Position numbers and translations under genes: made by a program
From: Eledone cirrhosa
Taxonomy: Eukaryota
Length of the DNA: 64,000 nucleotides
NCBI GenBank assembly: GCA_964016885.1
Contig: OZ024751.1
Coordinates: 52,080,001 to 52,144,000, forward strand
Reading direction: 5' to 3'
Notes under the pieces: model-generated
The model's database searches: none
Seen by the model: the letters and a program-made list of their open reading frames with translations, nothing else
Told to the model about the DNA's origin: nothing
Shown here: positions 13,625-25,300 of the stretch, in pieces
How positions within the stretch are numbered: position 1 is the first letter of the stretch
How the letters are laid out: each line of letters starts with the position of its first letter

Positions 13625-13840
13625 ACCCAAGGGCCAGGTGGTAATTTTAAATCAGGGGATGAATTAAGTCTACCATCCAGTGGACTCCAGTAAAAGAACT
13701 CAACGACCAGGTAGTGGTGTTAAACTGGGTGATGGATTAAGTTTATCACCCAAGGATCAGGTGGTGGTGATAAACTGGGTGATGGATTAAGTTTTTATCA
13801 CCCAAGGGTCAGGTGGTGATGATAAACTGGGTGATGGACA
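13625..13840 (+). repeat. Tandem repeat, ~50-bp unit with internal inverted repeat
   Basis: CAGGTGGTGGTGATAAACTGGGTGATGGATTAAGTTTATCACCCAAGG, 3-4 decayed copies. Confidence 0.8.
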
Positions 13841-15086
13841 TAAAGATCTGTAACAAATTACCCCCAAAAATTTTGTTAGTACACTCTAAAGGCTCTGGCA
13901 GTTCTGTGGTGTTTTGCCTGGAGGCAGCAGCAAATATTTTCAATGTTGTAAACAAACATGAATAACCTTTCTCAAATTATAGAAATCTATTCTCTAGAGA
14001 GATTCTTCTGGGTGTTTTCTTGAGAAAAGCAGCAGCTAAGAAATTATACAAGCCTGCTTGCTAGAACTTTCTGGAATGTTTCCAAGTGTCTTCCTATAAT
14101 TACTATATGCTGTGTGTGTTTAAATAAATCCCAGTCAGTGTTTTTACTGTTTTAATGTCAGTGTAATGAAATCTCTCTCCTGGATGGCAATGACACATTT
14201 TATCAGGATCCTCCTGAAAGATGTTTAAAACATATATTTGGTTCTTGTGATAGCGGCGGCGGCTATAGTAGTAGTGGTTGTTGTTGTCATTGACATAGTC
14301 CTGGTGATGGTGCTTGTGTAGGTAATAGTAGTGGTTGTTGTCATTACTTAGTACTGGTGATAGTATTGGTTGTGTATGTAGTAATAGTTATAGTTGTTGT
14401 CACTGACGTAGTCCCGTTGATAGTGGTGGTTTTAGGAGCTGTGTTGTTGTTGTTGTTGGTGGTAGTAGAAGTAGTGGTGGTGGGTGGTAGTGCCATTGAT
14501 TTAGTACTAGTGATAGTCGTGGTTGTGTTTGTAGTGGTAGTAGCAATGGTGATAGTACAGTGGTAGTGGTGGTGGGTGCATTTATCCTTCAGCTTGTGAC
14601 AGTTATCATTCAGTGGTGTGAAGAGATGGGTTGTGTTTTAGCCCCATGTCAGCCAAGGATTGTCTGTCACCCTATTATCAGAGTTACTGTTATTGTTTTA
14701 GCCCCAGGCCAGTCTTGAATGACAACCCTACCATCAAATGTTGTTGCCCCAGGCCAGCCTTGTATGACAACTCTATGATCAAATATCCTACATGGACCAG
14801 AAGTGGTAGAGTACTAGGCAGTATTTAGTCCTAAATTCAAATCTTTTTGTGGTCAACTCTATTATTTTAGCTGTCCAAAATTGATAAAGTCAGTACCTGT
14901 AATAGACTGAGGTCAATTCATCCATTCCCACCTACATTCATGCAACATTTGGCCCCTTGTGCCTAATAAAAAAAAAGAATCTTCGTTATGTTTTATTTTT
15001 GGCATGGTTTCTATAGCTGGATGATACATTTTATTGTGGTACCAGCTCTAGAATATTTTTTTTCCTGCTGATAAATACTTTTCTAT

Positions 15087-15393
15087 ATCATCATCATAAT
15101 TTTACGTCCACTTTTCCCTGCTTGCAAGGGTGGGACGGGAACTGATTCTGGCTTGATTTCTACAGCTGGATGCCCTTCCTAACACCAACCTCATTTACAG
15201 TGAGTGCTGGGTGCTTTTTTGCTGTGGCACCTCCACGACCACTTTGCAGTGGAATGATAGGGACTGGGTCCTCAGTCCCTATCATGTCACTTCTACAGCT
15301 GAGTAAACTGGAGCAATGTGAAATAAAATGTCTTGCTCAAGAATTGAACTCACAACCTTTCGATTGCAAGGCCAATGCTCTAACCACTAAGCC
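15087..15393 (-). mobile_element. SINE family B with internal deletion
   Basis: Reverse complement of family B; short (ATC)n runs on both sides. Confidence 0.85.
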
Positions 15394-15672
15394 ATATATA
15401 TCATCATCATCATATGCTGATAAATATAGTTCTGTATTTATATATATTTCCACTGATAAACACACTACAATAGGCATATACATTTCCATTAAAAAGATAC
15501 TTGTTAGTGTGTGTGTGTAACCAGGAGTTGCAATCGACGTAGTATTAATATCAGCAATGGAAAGGCCAATGGTAACATAGTTTCCTTAGTCCGATCTGAT
15601 GATCAGCCTCTTTCCTTATATATATATATACGATATTAACAAATGATCAGCCTCTTTCCTTATATATATATA

Positions 15673-16480
15673 TACGATATTAACAAATGGAAACTATATT
15701 TATAAAACCATATTTATTTTATTATACATATTTCAAGGACACCACGTTAAATTATGGTGTGCTTTCATCAGACAAAATACAATATAGATCAGTTTTATAA
15801 ATAAATATTGACATACCCTTAAAAAATGCAACCATTACTGTTGGAAGCTCCCGGATAGTGGAGTTGTTTACTTATATTATTATTAGTATTGGATATTTTT
15901 ATTTTTAAGATAAGTCGTTGGGTTAGAGAGAAAGAAAAAGAAGGAGAGAGAGAAAAAGAGAGAAAGAAAGAAAAAAGAAAAAAGAGAGAAAAGAGAGAGA
16001 GATACCAAAACAACAGAAAGAGAAAAATACAGAGATAGATAGGAGACAGAGAGAAGGGGGGAGAACGAAAACACTAAGTCATATCTTGTTGAGTTAACTT
16101 AACAATTGAGATGAAATGAATAAATAAAATTAGAAATGTTAATAATCATGAATGGAATATACATATATAATATGAGAAATTAATCATTGTTTAAATATGA
16201 TTAGATGTTTAGTTAATCATTTAAAAATTGAGATCAATATATTAAAAATTGGGATCTATACATTAAGAAATCCATATATTGCTAGAGAACTACATATCAT
16301 ATAACACGTATACACACGCAAAAATACATATAAATATATATACACACTTATAAAATACATACCATATCTAACTACGTATATAATATATACACACAAAGCA
16401 TAAAGGATTCTTTAATTTAATGTTATACACACTTTATGTTATTAAATAAAAATTTTTTTATATATATATATATATATATA
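15673..16480 (-). mobile_element. Probable Penelope-type terminal repeat (pLTR)/3' region carrying a hammerhead, bounded by (TA)n
   Basis: 15673-15890 is homologous to the palindrome arm at 12577-12790 and contains a hammerhead. It abuts (TA)n and lies next to the PLE ORF in the opposite orientation. Confidence 0.55.
15710..15786 (-). ncRNA. Minimal type I hammerhead ribozyme (family A), diverged copy
   Basis: Minus strand reads TATTTTGT CTGATGA AAGCACACCA taatttaacg TGGTGTCCTT GAAA TATGTA TA ATAAAATA. Stem substitutions relative to the 13-kb copy preserve pairing. Confidence 0.8.
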
Positions 16481-17029
16481 TAAGAAAAACCAGGGACGAG
16501 CTGATAAATTCCGACCTCACACACTTACACCTCTCCAAGACAATGTCACTGGACCGAGACCTTTGGCGGTACTCAGTAATAGAGAAGACCCGCCTTACCT
16601 AAATACAAAGTAAAACCTACTACAGTCAGTAGGCATCTCTAACAAAATACACCACCCCCACCCCATCCACACCGCCCCTTTCAATGTAAAGTTATGTTGG
16701 TGCCACAACATCCAGGCTGAAACAAATGAGATCGTGTAGGTGTCACGACAAAAAAAAACACAGTCCACGCTGTAATGTGGCCGTGTAGGCAACACGGTAA
16801 AAACCTCCCAGCCCCACACTGTAAATGTGGTTGGTGTTAGGAAGGGCATCCAGCTGTAGAAAACCCGCCAGACAGTCCTATGCGAGCAAGACAATCACTC
16901 TTGCCTCAAGTGGGAAAACCCCCGTCCAAACCCATGCAAGCGTGGAACACGGACGTTAAACGTTGATGATGATGATAAGATTACCTGTTATGTATTTATG
17001 GCTGTTAATTATATGTCTATCTGTCAGGA

Positions 17030-17732
17030 ATCATTGGGATAAACATTATACATAAAAATACTATAGTGAACTCTGTACAAGAACGAATTTCGAGAATTTC
17101 ATCTAATAAGAATATATTTGATGAAAAAGCACATTATTACAACGAAGCGTTAGGTAGAGCTGGGTATAGAAATAAAATTAAATACATTGATAATAATAAT
17201 AATATAACAACTAACCATAATCGTAACAATTTTAACTATGGTAACAATTTTAACAACTATAATAGAAAACCTTACATTAATTCCGAAAGCCGAAAAAGAA
17301 ATAGAACTAGGAATATATTATGGTTCGCTCCTCCTTTCTCATTAAATATTAAAACCCCTATTGCTAAACTATTCTTTAAAGCTCTTGACAAATGCTTCCC
17401 TAGAACACATAGATATTACTCAATTTTTAATAGACATACTATAAAATTAACTTATTCTTCCACCAAAAATTTAGCGCAAAATATTAATAGAATTAATAAT
17501 AGAAATTTAAAACCTAACCAAAATACCAATAATAACCCAAGCAATATTCAATCTGATAAATGTAACTGTAGAAATAAATCTAACTGTCCGTTAAATAACA
17601 ATTGCTTAGCTAAAAATGTAGTATATAATTGTAATGTAAAAACTAATTTAAATTCATTTAATTATGTGGGATCTACTTCCACAGTTTAAATCCCGCTTCA
17701 ATAATCATAAAAATTCTTTTACAGATCCAAAT
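17030..17732 (+). mobile_element. Penelope-like retroelement remnant (RT thumb, Cys-rich linker, start of GIY-YIG endonuclease), frameshifted
   Basis: ORF 17066-17689 contains WFAPPFSLNIKTPIAKLF..FP..H.Y..IFNRHTIKLTYS, CNCRNKSNCPLNNNCLAKNVVY and YVGST. After a 1-nt frameshift it continues FKSRFNNHKNSF, the conserved R...H segment of PLE GIY-YIG domains. Confidence 0.88.
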
Positions 17733-17831
17733 GTTAGCACTACAGTTAGATTTCACTGATAACAACAAGGATGATATAAAGACACCAAACATAAGTTTCA
17801 GAAGGAAAGTGATGTCACAGTGGAATATAAT

Positions 17832-18556
17832 GTAACATTAGTTAGACTGAGGGGTGGGTGTAGATGGAGGGATAGGCATGTGACATTGGTTAGACTGAGG
17901 GGTGGGTGGACATGGAGGGATAGGCATGTGACATTAGTTAGACTAAGGGGTGGGTGTAGATGGAGGGATAGGCATGTGACATTGGTTAGACTGAGGGGAG
18001 GGGTGGGTGGACATGGAGGGATAGGCATGTGACATTAGTTAGACTGAGGGGTGGGTGTAGATGGAGGGGTAGGCATGTGACATTAGTTAGACTGAGCGGT
18101 GGGTGTAGATGGAGGGATAGGCATGTGACATTGGTTAGACTGAGCGGTGGGTGTAGATGGAGGGATAGGCATGTGACATTGGTTAGACTGAGCGGTGGGT
18201 GTAGATGGAGGGATAGGCATGTGACATTGGTTAGACTGAGGGGTGGGTGTAGATGGAGGGATAGGCATGTGACATTGGTTAGACTGAGGGGTGGGTGTAG
18301 ATGGAGGGATAGGCATGTGACATTGGTTAGACTGAGGGGTGGGTGTAGATGGAGGGATAGGCATGTGACATTGGTTAGACTGAGAGGTGGGTGGAGATGG
18401 AGGGATAGGCATTTGACATTGGTTAGACTGAGGGGTGGATGGAGATGGAGGAATAGGCATGTGACATTGGTTAGACTGAGGGGTGGGTGGAGATGGAGGG
18501 ATAGGTATGTGACTTTGGTTAGACTGAAGAGTGAGTGTGGGTGGAGAGATAGTCAT
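17832..18556 (+). repeat. G-rich minisatellite, 48-bp unit, ~15 copies
   Basis: Unit GTGACATTGGTTAGACTGAGGGGTGGGTGTAGATGGAGGGATAGGCAT. Confidence 0.97.
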
Positions 18557-18732
18557 GTTGCAGTGTTTATAATAGGGGTGTATATGAAAGCATATATAAT
18601 ATGTTCATGATAAACATACAAGCCTCTCTTTGAATGTTTGCACTATATGCAAATGACCATCACCAGCTAATGTTTCATATGGAAACAACCATAAAGGTTT
18701 TAGCCTACTCTCGTCTTAGTACCGAGTGGGTA

Positions 18733-18779
18733 AATGTCACTGATGATGGTTAAAAATCCAGAAATAGCTATCTGGCATT
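18733..18779 (+). ncRNA. Minimal type I hammerhead ribozyme (family B)
   Basis: AATGTCA CTGATGA TGG ttaaaaat CCA GAAA TAGCTA TC TGGCATT: 7-bp stem I, 3-bp stem II, palindromic TAGCTA stem III/loop, AUC cleavage triplet, complete core. Confidence 0.85.
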
Positions 18780-19997
18780 CTCACCACTACTGAAATAGCT
18801 TAAAACATTCATCTGAAGAGTCTTATGTTTATTATGCATAAACATATTATATATATATATATGTTAATGTGGAAGATAGATGTTAAATAATGATGATGAT
18901 ATATACAATATATATATATATAGAGAGATAGAGAGACTTGCTGATGGGTGAGGTGCGTTTGATAGTTAGGGTGGTAGGAAGTGTGTTACTTTGTCTAAAT
19001 GTGGTACAAATGAGTGCTAGTAATATCTATCCTAAATCTAGAATCCATGTAATTCAGGATGTTGATCTACTGGTAACATTGGTAGTAAATCTACAAGGAA
19101 TTTTATAAACAAAAGCAAAGAACATAAAACCCGCAGTACAATGTGAATATATCCAGAGATATCAACATTGTTTTTGAGGGTGGGGGTAGGGAGAATTTAT
19201 GTTTTGTGCAGATAAATCGGTGGGGAAGAATTGTAAAAGATTTATTTAGAGAACAAAAATATCGTTTGTGTGTTTTACAGAAACCACATGGTAAGTAATG
19301 GCAGAACAGTAGCTGTCAAGTGTGGGTGGTTTCAGGCAGAGGTGAGTGTGTTGGTTAGTGAGTTGATGTTCTTCATACAGTGAAGGAATTGGGGTGGGTG
19401 GGTGGGAGAGAGAGAGCATGGAGAAGGTGGGGTGGGGATAGGGAGAAGTAGTATTGCCATAATTGTGAATATGTGTGATATTAACTTTATACAATGTATG
19501 CATAAATGGGTGCGTGTGAAAGTGTAGGTAATGACATGAAAATTTGTTTGGTATAATCAAGGTTTCAGATATGTAGAATGGGTGGCTGTAAGATAGATGG
19601 GATGAAAGTGGATATGTTGCAGTTTATCAGTGTGTATGGATAGGGAGTGTTAGAAGAATACAAATTTATTATTGATACCTCGAGAGGTGGCTATCTCTAA
19701 GTTGTAGAGTAACTTGTTTCTGGAAGAGTTGGAATGTAGGAAGGTTTTAAATTTGACAGAAGCTACAGCAAAGAAAACACAAAAGTGGGAACGGTCTAGA
19801 GCAAAGGTTCTCAACGGGGGGCATATGCACCCCCAGGAGCTTTGTGGGGCACTGGAAGGCTCTTTACTTTGGTAAGTTTTATAAGCCATATTTGTATGTC
19901 TTTGAGACAGCCAGTGTGAATGCATTTGAATGAGCATGCAGAGCACAACTACCTGACCGCAGCTGTAAACAGGTGTGCAGGCATGTTTAGACATTAA

Positions 19998-21323
19998 CCC
20001 TTTAGTGTTCAAACCGCCCGAAAACACCCACACTAAAAAAATCGTTCTAAAAATAAACAAACCATCATCAAAATCTCGTCAATTCGAGATTAATTCAAGA
20101 TTAATGCGAGATTAGGCCCTTACCACGAAAATTAACACTTAATATAGTGGAACAACTTAAAACAACAAGTGTTTTTTTAACTTTAAAAGTGCAACAAATT
20201 TTTTTTTTTGTATCAACATGGTTTATGAAAGTAGCGATACCAACTTTGAAGGTTTTACACACGGCGACATTCAGAATAAACAAGAAACAAACGATAATAT
20301 TAGTGATTTATCTTCAAATGAATCTGATGTTTATATTTTTGAAATTTCGTCCGACGATGATTGTTTTGAAAGTGAAAACGAAGGAGACTCCAGGACGCCA
20401 TTGAAAATATTACAGCAATGTGGTTGAAAAATACCTCACTAATATATGTTCCTGATTTTATTCAAAATACTGGTCCACAACACATTAGCTCTCGATACTA
20501 AAGCACTGGATTATTTCTTTTTGTTTTTACCACAAACTTTCTTCTAAGTTGTGGCAGAAGAGATTAATCAATATGCCCAACAACAGATTTCAAATCAAGG
20601 AAAACCCAATCTGTTTGGCGACCGACAGATGCTGCAGAAATGCAAGCATTTTTTACCGTAAATATTATGTTCGGTATAAAACAATTTCCAAGACTGTGGA
20701 ATTACTGGAACACTGATATAAGGTTTAGTGATTCTTATATATCAAGTATTATGCCGAAAACAACGTATTTAAAATTAAACCAGTATTTGCACCTGGTTGA
20801 TACTTCAAATGCCCCTATTAATTAATTTCACCTGCCCATAAAAGTCAAATTTGACCAAAAAAATCAGGTAAAATTATATAATTGTAAATTATTGATATTT
20901 AAACATCTACTGAAAAAATTTCAAGCCTGCACATAGAAAATTAAGAAAATTACAAACAAATAAAATTGATACCCTTTTGAGTATGATTAACTCAAAATAA
21001 TTGTTTCTACTTTTGGCACAAGGCCAGCAATTATCCCAGTGTATTACTGGTACTACACCCGGGGAGGGCATCACTCTCCTCTTCAAACCAACCAGCCTAA
21101 ATAAAAAAAAAATGTTAACTTTGTCCACAGATTATGAAGAATGCGTAAAATCGATTAAATCACCCCCACACCCCTACTCTACCCTGTTTCACTAGGTACT
21201 TATTTTATCGATCCCGAAAAGTTGAAAGGTAAACTCAACCCTCGATCAGGTTTTCTCACCTTTCACGTATTTTTATGTGTGTGTGTGTGTGTGTGTGTGT
21301 ACAAATGCCTATTTATCACCCCC

Positions 21324-21364
<41 letters not shown>

Positions 21365-21439
21365 ACACTAAAAAATTATTTTCTCATACACGTGTGTGCG
21401 TCTCTCTCTCTCTCTCTCTCACACACGTGTGTGTATATG

Positions 21440-21470
<31 letters not shown>

Positions 21471-21517
21471 ATGTATATATATGTGTATGTATATATGTGT
21501 ATATATATGTATATATA

Positions 21518-21558
<41 letters not shown>

Positions 21559-21607
21559 ATATATATATATATATATATGTGTATATGTATATATATATAT
21601 ATGTGTG

Positions 21608-21648
<41 letters not shown>

Positions 21649-21887
21649 ATATGTATATATATATATATATATGTGTATATGTATATATATCCGACCCCGT
21701 AAGGATGAAAGGCAAAGTTAACCTCGGCGGGATTTGAACTCAAACCATAAAGGGCCGTAACTCTTTGCTGCAAAGCATGGCGTCCGACCCTCTACCGATA
21801 CTGCCAATCCAACGCCCTCAATGATTAACTAAAAATAATGTGAACAGATAAGCATGACGTTTGAAAATTAATATGAATGCTAAAGGG
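19998..21887 (+). mobile_element. piggyBac transposon remnant with degenerate transposase N-terminal half
   Basis: TTAA|CCCTTTAG ... CTAAAGGG|TTAA. Acidic N-terminus (ORF 20218-20427), then EMQAFF...MFGIKQFPRLWNYWNTD...ISSIMP...YL.LNQYLHLVD typical of PGBD/DDE_Tnp_1_7; stops and frameshifts present. Confidence 0.88.
21275..21690. repeat. Compound (TG)n/(CT)n/(TA)n microsatellite; representative of many (356-645, 51890-53760, 57300-57405, 60451-60515)
   Basis: Directly visible dinucleotide runs. Confidence 0.97.
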
Positions 21888-22119
21888 TTAACTGGCAATT
21901 GAGATCCTAACAATCGAAAAACCCACAGTCAACTGGGTCAAGGACACTTTGAGCGCAGCCAGTTAGAATCTTGTCTTTCCTTCACTGATAACAATGTATT
22001 TCTTGTCTGAAATTATTGACTCAACCGTAACGAGTTAACACTATGTAGATCTATTTTATTCCCTATTGTATAAATAATATTACAAATAAAAAAAAAAATA
22101 CAAAAAAAAACCACAGAAG

Positions 22120-22348
22120 GAGGTAGCACACACATCTAGGACCACATACGACACACAGGCAGGTAATACATACATTTAGGACCACATACAACACATAAGC
22201 AGGTAATACAAACATCTAGGAACACATAATCAGGTAATACAAACATCTAGGACCACATACAACACATAATCAGGTAATACATACATCTAGGACCATGTAC
22301 AACACATAAGGAGGTAATACACACATCTAGGACCAAATACAACACACA
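22120..22348 (+). repeat. Minisatellite, ~40-bp unit, ~6 copies, inside the hAT remnant
   Basis: Unit ACATCTAGGACCACATACAACACATAAGCAGGTAATAC(AT). Confidence 0.9.
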
Positions 22349-25300
22349 TTGTATCATGTGCTACGGATGATGCAAGAGCAACATGAGGAACGGTTTGTCG
22401 TCCTTTTGCCGATGGACATGCCAATGTGGGTAGCAGATCCCTTCATAGCTAACGTCGACGATTTGGACGTTATATTTCAGGAAGAATTCATTGAACTTCA
22501 AGCAGATGACATGATCAAAATTAGATTTCCCAAAATGGGTGAACCCCTGTTTTGGATGCAAGAGGAAATTCAACATTGATTTTCACACCTACATGCAGAG
22601 GCTAAGAGATTTGCTCTGCCTTTTCCAAGCTCATACTTAGTCAAGAGGAGGTTTGGTGCTGTTTCCAGACTGCACAGTAAGGCTCGCAACCGCTACAATG
22701 TAATTACATGTGGAGATCTCCGGCTACATCTTACGAGTGGTTTCGAGGGACAAAAGGGGGTTTGGCCTAAATGGGTTGAGAACCTGAGTGGCAGGTAACA
22801 GGTTGACGTGATCTCTTTCTATTTCTCTGGACAACTGACAAATTGATCAGCTAACTTCCTGCACTTAAATAATACAGCTTAGAGCGTCAGACACCATGCT
22901 TCACGGCATAGAGTTATGTCCCTTTACGTTCTGTATTCAAATCCTGCTGAAGTTAGCTTTGCCCTTTCAACCACACAGGGTCGATAAAATAAACGCCTCG
23001 GGGTTGATTTAATCGACCCCCCCCCCCAATGGTGGCCTTGTGCCAAAATCAGAAACCATTATTATTATTATTATTATTATTGCAGCAAATAGTTATGCCA
23101 CTTTACGGTTGATAAAATAAAGTACCAGTAACATACATACTGGGGTCACTTTAATCGACTTTCCCCTTCCTTTTAAATTATTGGCTTTGTACTAAATGTA
23201 GAGACAATTATTATTGTTTGTTTGTCATGGCTGTGTATTAGTTGAATCAGTAAGAGCATATGGTAAAAGACACTTTCCTACAAATCCATGCAGTTCAATC
23301 AAACCTGGAACCTCAATATTGGAAACAAACTTCTTAACTATTTGTCCATACTGCATCTACTATATCTGTAATACCTGTTGAAGAGTCATGAGTGCCACTA
23401 CTTCCTGTCTTATCACTCCAACACATGTTGTCTATGTAAAAATATAAGAAACAAATAGATCGTAATATATTTTAAAATGTGTATTTTTCATATTATCACA
23501 ATTCTAACTGAAATTTTTTTAAAAAGAAAAAAAAGAAGATGCAAATAACTGAGTAAAATGTTCAAAATAAATCTCTGAATATCTGAGATAAGAGTTTCAA
23601 CATTCTTGGTTGGATTCATCTCTTCCTTTTGACTTCACGATCCTCACAACTTAGATCGGTTGACACTTTGTTTGAAGTAGGTCTTATCAATCTTCCTGCA
23701 AACCTCAGTAGTCTTCCTGTTACTCTCTTTCTCTCTCTCTTCTCATACACACACATGTTGACATCAATGTTTCTGATGATTTTTGAAGGGTAGAATATAG
23801 TTTAGTTAGTCATTAGAAATCTCTCTCTCTGTATATATATATATATATATATATATAATGGTGGCATGTGGTGAGAGTACGTGTGTTCTGCAACTGACAG
23901 AAGTAATGAAATAATAATTTAATAAATGTATTTAACAGTAATTAAATTAGAGTTTTCAATTTATTATAGTTTATTATATATAATATAAATATTCTTAATG
24001 TTTTACATATGTTGATAATGTAATGAAACCATAATACCAATCAATTAAACAGTAGTTTCTGAGGAAACTAGTGGTGGTCGGTGTCAGCAAATAGTATAAA
24101 TAATTGTAAGTGGAACAAATTGGTCTGGCACATATTCTCAGGGCTGAAAATAATCGTTTCCCCTAAAGATTTGGTTTCAAGGCCATTCCCTTTGTGAAAC
24201 ATTGTCTCAAAAAGTCTCTCCAACCCATGCCAGCTTAAAAAGTCAATGTAAAAATGACAGTTGGGATGATGATGATGTAAGGTGCGATTTGAAGAATATT
24301 TGGCTGCTATTTCTGTTAATGATGGATGTAAGAACTAGGATGTCTCTTCAGCTCAGATGACAACATTAATAACATGTTTACATTGTGATTGGAAGCTCTG
24401 TTGATGACCTTGTTTAACATAATTCTGATATAGTGAGAAGTGCAAGTAATTTTCTCAACCTTTGCTAACAAGATCATACAATTTGCTCTTGACATAAAGC
24501 CAACAACTTCACTACATATTCTATATATCATATAACACGATTACATCAGAAACTTGGTCTCTGTGTCTACAGTAGACCAGTCAACTATTACTACAGACAT
24601 AAACCATGTTCAAATGTTATGATTGAGTACACTCTGCAATTCTTTCAACATCAGAATACCTGACAACATCCAGAATGTTTACTACCTACATCTAGTTTCC
24701 TCTAGAATAACATTGTTAATGTCTATATTTGGTTGATTTAACCATTGTTCAATAATGTTTAAGGCTGGCAAATTGGCAGAGTTACTAGAATGACAGATAG
24801 AATGCTTTGCAGTATTTGTTTCAGCTCTCTGCACTTTCTGAGTTCAAATCCCACCAAGGTCAACTTTGCCTTAACTTTATTTTTCATCCCTTTGAGGGCG
24901 ATAATAAAGTACCAGTTCAATGCTGAGGTCAATTCTTCCTCTATATTGCTTTCTCACCTCCTCTCTTCCACTCGAAGATATGCCATAGGTCACAATACCA
25001 CTCCTACAATTCCATAAGGAGTCTCATCATCATCATTTGACATCTGCTTTTCCTGCTAACAAGGGTTGGGCAAGTCTTCACAGACTGAGTCAGTGTTGTG
25101 ACGCCACAGTAAGTGGAGCCACTGACCTCCCAGGCAGGGTTGAGGCCTGCATCTCCCTTACATAGGGTCCCATACTCTACTAAGTGCATTTTAACATGGC
25201 ACCAGTACAAGGGAGGTGGTCATGTTTTGATACAACTGAAAGGGCCTGCCAACCCTTTGTTTGGCACAGTTCCTGGTTGTTTAGAACAGCTGAGAAATTG

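Larger units (their letters stand above)
19802..22786 (+). mobile_element. hAT (Buster/Charlie-like) transposon remnant, interrupted by piggyBac
   Basis: Ends CAAAGGTTCTCAAC ... GTTGAGAACC, with the left end preceded by GTCTAGAG (Charlie-type target). 22349-22735 encodes WVADPF...QEEFIELQ.D...FW...(stop)...FPSSYLVKRRFGAV..L.SKARNR....GDLRLHLT, the hAT C-terminal dimerisation region as in ZBED8/SCAND3-like proteins. Confidence 0.85.

Noticed and set aside
17798-18610. Repeat-protein ORFs (VTLVRLRGGCRWRDRH)n and CRISPR-like periodicity
   Set aside because: Open frames result from a stop-free 48-bp unit on both strands; there are no unique spacers and the context is eukaryotic.
23575-24531. Minus-strand exon-like pieces (KIDKTYFKQSVNRSKL*; ORF 24316-24531)
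   Set aside because: No recognisable homology and no consistent exon chain.
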